From contig CAYUHH010000001.1 of assembly GCA_964444435.1 (NCBI GenBank), positions 1-28,903 of the forward strand: a stretch of DNA of 28,903 nt, written 5' to 3'. The position numbers and the translations under genes are program-made. Positions 1 to 7,308 of this stretch are shown one piece after another (the first letter of the stretch is position 1; the number at the start of each line of letters is the position of its first letter). Under the pieces are notes generated by a model. The model saw only the letters and a program-made list of their open reading frames with translations. It was not told the origin of the DNA and made no database searches. The DNA is from an uncultured Pseudomonadota bacterium. GTDB lineage: Bacteria; Babelota; Babeliae; Babelales; UBA12409.

Positions 1-1949
1 ATTTCAATATCAACAATTTCAAGAATATCATCATTATCTGCATCATTTGCTTTAGTTTGGACTTGTCGTTTTGTTTTATTAGCGTTTGAAGCGTCTGTCC
101 CTGCGGTAGCTTCAAGAAAATCTTCGATGATAACATTAATATCGAGGTTAATAAGACCAAATTCATTAATTTGAGGTGTAATAGAGACTTGTAGTTTTGC
201 ATCAAATGTTGAGAAACCTTTGGCATCATTACCAATAATTTGACTTTCTGCTCGACGTGTTTCGCTAATTGCAACAGTAGAGGTGTATTTATTTGTTGCA
301 ACGATAAAAGGGTTTGCAAGGAGTCGAGATTGAGTGTCTGAGCTTAAAACACCGAGTATGGCATATACACTTTCTTTACCTAGCGTAAAAAGCGTTGTAC
401 CTGTGGTAGCAGTTTTAGCAAGGCCAATTAAGTTTCCGAGAAGCGTATTGCTATATTTTGCGGGTGTATTTGTTATGGTAGCTACTTGTGCGTCGCTACC
501 GAAAAAACCGGTCATTTGACCTTCAATTTTGGCAGGGTTTTTTGTTTGCCATTGAACGCCAAGTTGTCTGGTTCGATTCAAATCTAACTCAATAATCATG
601 ACTTCAATAGCAACCTGTTGCTGTCTCTTGTCAAGTTGATCAATAATTTTACTTAAATGAACCCAGTCTTCTTGATTTGATCTAATAAGGAGTCTGTTTC
701 CTTGTTCTTCTGGTTGGATGAAAATATCACCAAAATACTTAAGGCCACCAATAACCGCTCCAGATTCAGAAGCAGATGGGCCTTCTTTGTTGCCGCTACC
801 GCTTTTTTTGCCAAATTGAACGACGTTGTTAAGAATTTCAGCAATCTGTTTTGCAGGGGCATAATTGAGATCGTAAACGTGAACAGGGCGGTACATTTGT
901 TTAAGTTCAATATCAACATGACTTAATATGAATTGTTCGATTCTGCGAACGCCTTCGCTTGGGCCAACAAGTATTAATGAATTGGTGCGTGGTGAAGGGA
1001 TTAGTGTTACGTCTTTAGAAAAATAATATAAGCTTGATTCTTTTTTAGGCATCCATGGGGCGGAAGTATTTTCATCTTTATTTTGAAGTGATTTGACAAG
1101 AGCGGCAACTTCAGTTGTTTCTGCTTCTTTGAGATTAATAACTGATAAAATTTGGTTTTCAGAAGTTTTATCTAATTCTTTAATAATTCTTAAGAGAGAT
1201 ATGATATTATATGCAGCGTCCGTAATGATGATCGCGCGTAAAAGATTCATAGTGTCAAGTTGCGCATTTGCACTGGTAAGATTTTTCAAGATATTAGACA
1301 TCTGTTCTGGTGAACTATTTTCGAGGAAACATACGTATCTGATTCTTTGGTCACTTTCTGGAAGTATATCAAGAGACGTATTTATGTAAGTTGGGAGAGA
1401 CAATTTATTTGCGTTCTTTATCGTAGTAATACGATAAACTTGAGGGTCAGAGGTTGGCACAAGTGACCATCCTGCAAGTTCGAGAAACATTGTAAAAAAG
1501 TTCCAGGCTTTTTTACGAGAGAAAGGCACATTTGTTTTAAAAGAAATTTTTGAGTCATTCAGAGGTTTTGTTTGTGTCCCGGGAGTTTTTACAACATCAT
1601 CAGGAATGAAGGTTACGTTAAAAATTTGACTAATTTGGTCAACAATGTTTTGTAAACTTGCATTATTGAAGTTGAGTTCTACGTCTGGCTGAATTTCTTT
1701 CTTTAATTGACTTGTTTCATCGAAAGAAAGAGGCTCTTCTTTAATTTTATCTGACGTTTCTGAATTGGTTGGTTGCAGAGAGATATCTTTTTTAGGGGGA
1801 ACATTTTTTTGCGCTCGTTCTTTTTTTGATGCAAAAAAATTATTTATTTTTCCCGATCCCGATGTTTTAGCGTTTATTTGCTCTTGGTTCGAGAGTGTGC
1901 TGATGATTGATAGTATAAAAAATAATACTAAGATTAACTTTTTTTTCAT
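1..1949 (-). CDS. gspD: Type II secretion system secretin GspD (3'-truncated by window edge; absent from the ORF track because no stop codon is in the window)
   Basis: Hand translation from ATG at 1949 (overlapping the gspC TAA as TAATG) is open for 649 codons to the edge. It shows a signal peptide MKKKLILVLFFILSIISTLS, N0-like ELNFNNASLQNIVDQIS, N-domain PRTNSLILVG, and secretin motifs IDQLDKRQQQVAIEVMIIE, LGVQW, LLANPFIV and ITPQIN. Confidence 0.93.
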   Translation of the reverse strand, partial: MKKKLILVLFFILSIISTLSNQEQINAKTSGSGKINNFFASKKERAQKNVPPKKDISLQPTNSETSDKIKEEPLSFDETSQLKKEIQPDVELNFNNASLQNIVDQISQIFNVTFIPDDVVKTPGTQTKPLNDSKISFKTNVPFSRKKAWNFFTMFLELAGWSLVPTSDPQVYRITTIKNANKLSLPTYINTSLDILPESDQRIRYVCFLENSSPEQMSNILKNLTSANAQLDTMNLLRAIIITDAAYNIISLLRIIKELDKTSENQILSVINLKEAETTEVAALVKSLQNKDENTSAPWMPKKESSLYYFSKDVTLIPSPRTNSLILVGPSEGVRRIEQFILSHVDIELKQMYRPVHVYDLNYAPAKQIAEILNNVVQFGKKSGSGNKEGPSASESGAVIGGLKYFGDIFIQPEEQGNRLLIRSNQEDWVHLSKIIDQLDKRQQQVAIEVMIIELDLNRTRQLGVQWQTKNPAKIEGQMTGFFGSDAQVATITNTPAKYSNTLLGNLIGLAKTATTGTTLFTLGKESVYAILGVLSSDTQSRLLANPFIVATNKYTSTVAISETRRAESQIIGNDAKGFSTFDAKLQVSITPQINEFGLINLDINVIIEDFLEATAGTDASNANKTKRQVQTKANDADNDDILEIVDIE

Positions 1950-3091
1950 TAGTTACCCCTATCTATGCTGCCCTTTGATGCTTGATGTTTTTTTATATTT
2001 TCTAACTCTTTTAATCGAATATCTTCCAATGTTGGAGCAAATTTTTCTTTTGTTTTGAGAATTTTTATTTTTTCTTGTTCAAGTTTGTCGTCGAAAAATT
2101 TTTCAGTTTTAGTGAGGGCCTGTGTAGGTTCATTTTTAGGAAGAATAGGAGGTCTCTCAGAAAAAGGTTTTATTGTACCAATTTTTATTTTTTTAGTGAA
2201 CGGAGTGTTATTGCTTAATCCTTCTATTGAAAAAATACTGTTACGAGTGAGCGAGCTTATTTTTTTGTAGATTTGTAATCGTTCAACGGTTGTTGTTGCG
2301 GGAAGTTCAGCTATTTTGGTAATAATATCATTCGTTTTAAATCCTAAGATAGTGGGAAGAGTGTTTTCTTCGATATCACCTACTTTTGCACCAATACTTC
2401 GTCCTTGTTTAAATGCTGTGGTGAGATCAAATAAATCTATGAGATTGCTGAGTGATTTTATCTCATAAATGAATTCTTGCTTATCTATCAGATATTCAGA
2501 TTTGTTTGTTTTTTTAATGATATGAGACCAATTTTTTTTATCTTGTGTTAATTCGTCTTTTGAAGCTTCTTCTTGGCGTAGATACAGCATTTCTTGTTGG
2601 CCATTTGATCGTATCAACAGAATTTTGTTTGAAAATATTTTTACCAGTTGTGCATCTTCAATTTCATCGCCAATTTTGTAAGAAACTTCTTGTTTGCTTT
2701 TATTATCCAGAATGATAGCTCTATTGATTACATCATCATGAAACATGAAGATGCCGGTTAGGGTGATTGGCAGGGGGTCAAGGAATTTTGGTTGTTCTAT
2801 TTTTTGTGCTGGTATAACTACGGGTTGCGGAGGAGTTGGGATTGGTTTTACATAGCCAGGTTTTTTAGGTTGAGAGACTTCAGATTTATACGTATTAAAG
2901 AGATCATTTTCTTGATAAATTTGGTGCGTTTCAATTGTTTCACTTTTGGGGAAAGGTAGTTGCGTTGCAAGATCATCAGGTATAATAGAAGCAGATCTTT
3001 GTAATTGGACCTTGTATATTGATATGAATAATAAGAAAGTAAAAAATAGTAATAATGTACTTAAATTTAAGATCCAAACGGGATGTCTCAT
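1949..3091 (-). CDS. gspC: Type II secretion system protein GspC (TM anchor, Pro-rich linker, HR domain, PDZ-like domain, charged C-terminal extension)
   Basis: N-terminal TM; HR-like LTGIFMF..AIILDN..QEVSYKIGDEIEDAQLVKIFSNKILLIRSNGQQEML; PDZ-like GAKVGDIEENTLPTILGFKTNDIITKI; directly upstream of and coupled to gspD; RBS AAGGAG at 3100-3105. Confidence 0.85.
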   Translation of the reverse strand: MRHPVWILNLSTLLLFFTFLLFISIYKVQLQRSASIIPDDLATQLPFPKSETIETHQIYQENDLFNTYKSEVSQPKKPGYVKPIPTPPQPVVIPAQKIEQPKFLDPLPITLTGIFMFHDDVINRAIILDNKSKQEVSYKIGDEIEDAQLVKIFSNKILLIRSNGQQEMLYLRQEEASKDELTQDKKNWSHIIKKTNKSEYLIDKQEFIYEIKSLSNLIDLFDLTTAFKQGRSIGAKVGDIEENTLPTILGFKTNDIITKIAELPATTTVERLQIYKKISSLTRNSIFSIEGLSNNTPFTKKIKIGTIKPFSERPPILPKNEPTQALTKTEKFFDDKLEQEKIKILKTKEKFAPTLEDIRLKELENIKKHQASKGSIDRGN

Positions 3092-3121
3092 GTAAGGATC
3101 TCCTTTCTTAGTTTACTGTTC

Positions 3122-3151
3122 ACATTACTCATGCAATTGGGCGCTTGTCAA
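3122..3151 (-). promoter_or_regulatory. Putative sigma70 promoter for gspC-gspD (TTGACA-N18-TAATGT)
   Basis: The minus strand reads a perfect -35 TTGACA (3151-3146), an 18-nt spacer and a TAnnnT -10 (3127-3122), upstream of the gspC RBS in the 85-bp moxR-gspC gap. Confidence 0.55.
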
Positions 3152-3176
3152 GTTGAAACATCTGAAAATCATCTGC

Positions 3177-4163
3177 TCATGGGGCGGTAAGATTGTTGAG
3201 AATTTCATGAACAATGTCATCTGCGTTTTTCTCTTCGCCATGGGCTTGAAACGATAGTATAAGCCTGTGTCTTAATATGGGTAGTGCCACTTTTTTTACA
3301 TCGTCAGGAGTAACAAATTGACGCTTGTTCATAAAGGCATGTGCTTGAGCGGCGCGGTAAAGATTTAATGTTGCGCGAGGAGATGCTCCACGTTGAATGT
3401 ATGGCTGAATGTTTTCTAAATCAAAGAGGTGTGGCTTGCGAGTTGCAAACACAAGATGTGTTATATAATCAATTACTTTTTGATCAACATAAATTTGTGA
3501 TATTACCTTTTGTGCTGTGATAATATCTTCTTTGCTGACGACTTTTTGAATAATTTGTTTATTAAATACACGTTTGATAATTTCTTTTTCTTCCTCCATA
3601 GAAGGATAATCAATATGTATTTTAAACATAAAGCGATCGATTTGTGCTTCTGGCAACTGGTATGTTCCTTGTTGTTCAAGAGGATTTTGTGTTGCAAAGA
3701 CAAGAAACGGTTCATCAAGCTTGTGTGTTTCTGAGCCAATAGTTACTTGTCGTTCTTGCATTGACTCAAGAAGGGCGGATTGTACTTTTGCAGGTGCTCG
3801 ATTTATTTCATCAGCTAAAACAATATTTGAAAAAATAGGCCCTTTTTTTGTTTCAAAATCTTGTGTTCTTGGGTTAAAAATAAGCGTTCCGACAAGGTCT
3901 GCAGGAAGAAGGTCTGGGGTAAATTGTATTCGCTTAAATGAAAGGCCGATGGCATCTGATATACATTTGATCATTGTTGTTTTTGCGATGCCGGGAACGC
4001 CTTCCAAGAGTACATGTCCGTCACACATAATTGCAATGAGCATAAGATCAATTGCTTCTTCATTTCCCACTATGATGCGTGAAATTTCTTCTTTGAGATG
4101 AGTAAATGGTTGAAAAAGGGTTCCCCATTCAGTGGGGTTAATTTCTTTATTCGTTTCAATCAT
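3177..4163 (-). CDS. moxR: MoxR-family AAA+ ATPase
   Basis: GHVLLEGVPGIAKT (Walker A), RIQFTPDLLPADLVG, LADEINRAPAKVQSALLE (Walker B), ATQNPLEQQGTYQLPEAQIDRF, GASPRA, LRHRLIL. Confidence 0.95.
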   Translation of the reverse strand: MIETNKEINPTEWGTLFQPFTHLKEEISRIIVGNEEAIDLMLIAIMCDGHVLLEGVPGIAKTTMIKCISDAIGLSFKRIQFTPDLLPADLVGTLIFNPRTQDFETKKGPIFSNIVLADEINRAPAKVQSALLESMQERQVTIGSETHKLDEPFLVFATQNPLEQQGTYQLPEAQIDRFMFKIHIDYPSMEEEKEIIKRVFNKQIIQKVVSKEDIITAQKVISQIYVDQKVIDYITHLVFATRKPHLFDLENIQPYIQRGASPRATLNLYRAAQAHAFMNKRQFVTPDDVKKVALPILRHRLILSFQAHGEEKNADDIVHEILNNLTAP

Positions 4164-4449
4164 TTTGTCAATTCCATTTGTCTATTTATTACGTAATTGT
4201 AGTAAGAGTACCAAGCTTTGTGCGAGCTTACAAATTTCTTAGGATATGTGAAAGAGTATATTTTTTAAATTTCTTTCGATGTTTTTTTATTTCAGAAAAA
4301 ACTATTGAAATCAAAAACAATAGGGCAAAAATATTTTAAAAAATGGGTTTTTATTTTTACTGTTTTATTGAAATTAAAACGGTTTATTTAGCTATGAATT
4401 TTTATTTTTTTATGCCAATACTTGTCCTATGTTTATGCAAAATTAAGAG

Positions 4450-4477
4450 TTGTTTAACTTGTTGAGGTGTATATAAT
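4450..4477 (+). promoter_or_regulatory. Possible sigma70 promoter upstream of the beta-barrel gene (TTGTTT-N16-TATAAT)
   Basis: Consensus -10 TATAAT at 4472-4477 in an AT-rich divergent intergenic region. The -35 is weak, so a chance match is plausible. Confidence 0.35.
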
Positions 4478-4504
4478 TGTTTTCATACCTTGAAAGGGAT
4501 GGCG

Positions 4505-6157
4505 ATGGGCAAAAGAACCGTTTTTGTTGTAAGCTTAATAAGTGGTTTTTTTAGTGTTACGTATTGTGCGCGTACTTTCTTGAGTCTTCCGGTACCTTTT
4601 CATCCTACTTCTCCTGAGCGTCAAACAATGACGCGAGATCAAATGAGAGATTTTACTCAGGAGAAATATCGCAAATTTTCTATTACATTGTTAGGTGGTC
4701 AAGCCACAGAAACTGACAAGATAGCCAAATATTTTTTACCTTTTGAAAAAACATCATTAGTTGCAGGTGAAATAGGTTCTGATGCAGTAAAAAATCACGA
4801 AGCTGATTTGATTGCGAATTACTTTAATGTATGTACTGGTCGGGCTCGTGCAACGGCAGATGAAGCGTTGGATCAAAATAATATATTTGATGTTATTGAT
4901 ACATGGACTTTTCAAAGTAAGTTAAATTTTTGTCCTTCGCATAAATATTTTGTTATTGGATTAGTTTATCATCATCATATGTCATCAAATTTTGATAAGG
5001 GATGGTGGTTTGAGTTGGCTATGCCCATTATGTGTATAAAAAATAATATGGGAATGAGCGAAATAATTGAAGTTTGTGGTGGTGAAGGTGGTGATGATCC
5101 CCAGCAAGCTCCTTCGTTTTTTTCTACGGATGCGGATCAGTTTGCAGCGCAATCTATGACAGCGGCCTTACGGAGTGGGCAATTTCGTTGTGGAAAAATT
5201 GATAGTAGAGAGTATCGACGTACAAAGTGGGGCGTTGCGGATTTAGAGTTTCGGCTTGGTTATACTTACTTCAAAGAGCCTGCATATCATTTAAGTAGTT
5301 ATGTGGGGGTTTTGGCACCAACAGGTAATACGCCTACTGGTGAATTTATGTTTGAAAAGGTTGTTGGATATAATGGTCAGACGGGATTTTTTTTAGGTAC
5401 AAACGGTGGAATTAAAGTCTGGGCACATGATCAAAACTATTTATCATTTGAATTTGATACAGGTGCGACTATGTTTGTAGATAATTTGCAATGTCGTTCC
5501 TTTGATTTGTATGATAAGCAATGGGGACGTTATATTTGGGTTTACCCAAACAAGCAAAAGTTTAATGATAACGAAGAATCTGAGGTGACGATGAAAGCTC
5601 CTCTTAAGCCAGGGATAAATTATTTCTCTAGAGGGGTATATGTTGAGCATGGTTCTATTCGAAATTTAAACTTAGCATGGGTTTATACGATGAGCGATTT
5701 TCAAGGTGAGCTTGGTTATCATTTCTATTCTAGGGACCGTGAAAAGGTTTGTTTGGCTAAAACGTGGAATGATGAGGTTGCATTAGCTGCGTTATGGGAT
5801 AGTAATAATAATTTTATTGGTGCTGGTGAAAGTCGTAAAAGTAGAACGAATGCTGTCATAAATAATTATACTGAAGTTACGAATGATGTGAGAGAATTTA
5901 AATCTCTTGAAGGGTTAACCACTGAACAAATTACCAATAATGATATGTATCTACCAATTAAAAACGGTCAGATTGATTTAGGTTCTGCTGCCTGTCCATC
6001 CGTTGTTGTTCATACGGTGTATGGTTCGGTAGGGTATGGTTGGTATGACATTGTTTTTCCTACCTCTATTAATCTTGCTGGTGGCTATGAATTTGGGAAT
6101 GGAAATGAAGTTGTTGATCGTTGGAAGCTGTGGTTTAAAGTAGGTGTTTCGTTTTGA
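4505..6157 (+). CDS. Putative Cys-rich outer-membrane beta-barrel protein (Dependentiae-type family, by recollection)
   Basis: Start placed at ATG 4505 (AAGGGA RBS) rather than TTG 4490. It has a signal peptide, alternating aromatic/Gly beta strands (ADLEFRLGY, GELGYHFY, AGGYEFG), a C-terminal WFKVGVSF with terminal Phe (BAM beta-signal), and 9 Cys in the ORF translation. Confidence 0.7.
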   Translation: MGKRTVFVVSLISGFFSVTYCARTFLSLPVPFHPTSPERQTMTRDQMRDFTQEKYRKFSITLLGGQATETDKIAKYFLPFEKTSLVAGEIGSDAVKNHEADLIANYFNVCTGRARATADEALDQNNIFDVIDTWTFQSKLNFCPSHKYFVIGLVYHHHMSSNFDKGWWFELAMPIMCIKNNMGMSEIIEVCGGEGGDDPQQAPSFFSTDADQFAAQSMTAALRSGQFRCGKIDSREYRRTKWGVADLEFRLGYTYFKEPAYHLSSYVGVLAPTGNTPTGEFMFEKVVGYNGQTGFFLGTNGGIKVWAHDQNYLSFEFDTGATMFVDNLQCRSFDLYDKQWGRYIWVYPNKQKFNDNEESEVTMKAPLKPGINYFSRGVYVEHGSIRNLNLAWVYTMSDFQGELGYHFYSRDREKVCLAKTWNDEVALAALWDSNNNFIGAGESRKSRTNAVINNYTEVTNDVREFKSLEGLTTEQITNNDMYLPIKNGQIDLGSAACPSVVVHTVYGSVGYGWYDIVFPTSINLAGGYEFGNGNEVVDRWKLWFKVGVSF

Positions 6158-6213
6158 TTAAACTACGGTTTTTATTGTTTTTAGTTTGCTTTTTAGGATT
6201 TCAGAAGGTTTAC

Positions 6214-7218
6214 ATGAAAGAATCAATTTTAGTAACAGGTGGGGCCGGATACATTGGTTCACATACGGCACATTTATTAGCGCAGAAAGGGTATGATGTT
6301 ATTGTATTAGATGATTTACAGTATCATCAGCCATTTAATTGTTCGTGTGGCCGTCTTGTAAAAGGAAATGTTGGCGATGAATCTATTTTAGATGGTATTT
6401 TTTCAGAGAATACTATTAAAGCGGTCATACATTTTGCAGGATTTATTGCGGTGGGAGAATCGGTTAAAAATCCTACAAAGTATTACGAAAACAATGTTGT
6501 TAATACATTGAATCTTTTAAAAAAAATGGTTGAATATAACGTTCAACATATTATTTTTTCTTCAAGTGCTGCGGTGTATGGAATTCCAGATCAACTGCCT
6601 TTATCAGAAGACCATAAAAAGGTTCCCGTAAATGCATATGGCAATACAAAGCTTATTGTTGAGTATATGCTTTCTGATTTTGCTCGTGCTCATGACATTA
6701 ATTTTGTTGCGTTGCGTTATTTTAATGCGTGTGGGGCTGATTCAGAAAATGGTTTAGGTGAACGGCATGAACCAGAAACCCATATTATTCCGTTAGCATT
6801 GCGTGCAGTTTTGTGTGGTGAAGCGTTTAATATTTTTGGCGATGACTATGATACCCCTGATGGGACCTGTATTCGTGATTATCTTCATGTGAAAGACCTT
6901 GCTTCAGCGCACTTAGCGGCACTTTGTTATCTTGAAAATGATGGTAAGTCTGATTTCTTTAATTTAGGAACAGGAAAAGGGTATTCAGTTAAAGAGGTTT
7001 TACAGATGATTGAACATGTGATTGGTAAAGGTATTAAGGTTAATGTGTGTGCTCGTCGGGAGGGCGATCCGTCGGAATTGGTTGCTGACCCTAATAAAGC
7101 TCGAAGAATTTTACAGTGGACACCATCTTTTTCTGATTTGAGTAATATTGTAATGGATGCGTATCATTTTGAGTTATTTTTAAAAAGTAAGCAAAAAGGT
7201 GTCGAATTAATCTTATAA
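6214..7218 (+). CDS. galE: UDP-glucose 4-epimerase
   Basis: MKESILVTGGAGYIGSH NAD-binding motif, HFAGFIAVGES, FSSSAAVYG, YGNTK (YxxxK), LRYFNACGA, DYDTPDGTCIRDYLHV, RREGDP. Start placed at ATG 6214 behind GAAGGT. Confidence 0.95.
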   Translation: MKESILVTGGAGYIGSHTAHLLAQKGYDVIVLDDLQYHQPFNCSCGRLVKGNVGDESILDGIFSENTIKAVIHFAGFIAVGESVKNPTKYYENNVVNTLNLLKKMVEYNVQHIIFSSSAAVYGIPDQLPLSEDHKKVPVNAYGNTKLIVEYMLSDFARAHDINFVALRYFNACGADSENGLGERHEPETHIIPLALRAVLCGEAFNIFGDDYDTPDGTCIRDYLHVKDLASAHLAALCYLENDGKSDFFNLGTGKGYSVKEVLQMIEHVIGKGIKVNVCARREGDPSELVADPNKARRILQWTPSFSDLSNIVMDAYHFELFLKSKQKGVELIL

Positions 7219-7308
7219 TTTATTTAAGGTTAATAAAAAGTTAAATTATTTCCTAAATTATATTTTCGTGCTAGCGTGAGAAAAAGGCTGTTTTTAAGGG
7301 GAGCTCGT

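Noticed and set aside
1-45. The last GspD codons read ANDADNDDILEIVDIE where secretins usually have an ...LxxGGL motif
   Set aside because: It lies at the very edge of the window, so divergence cannot be distinguished from a low-quality contig end.
334-2270. Short ORFs at 334, 653, 702, 1093, 1765 and 2055
   Set aside because: All overlap the open gspD/gspC frames, which carry clear family motifs.
4490-7308. ORF-track upstream starts (TTG 4490, 6154, GTG 7276; likewise 20995, 25742 and 26235)
   Set aside because: Downstream ATGs restore normal N-termini, mostly with better RBS spacing.
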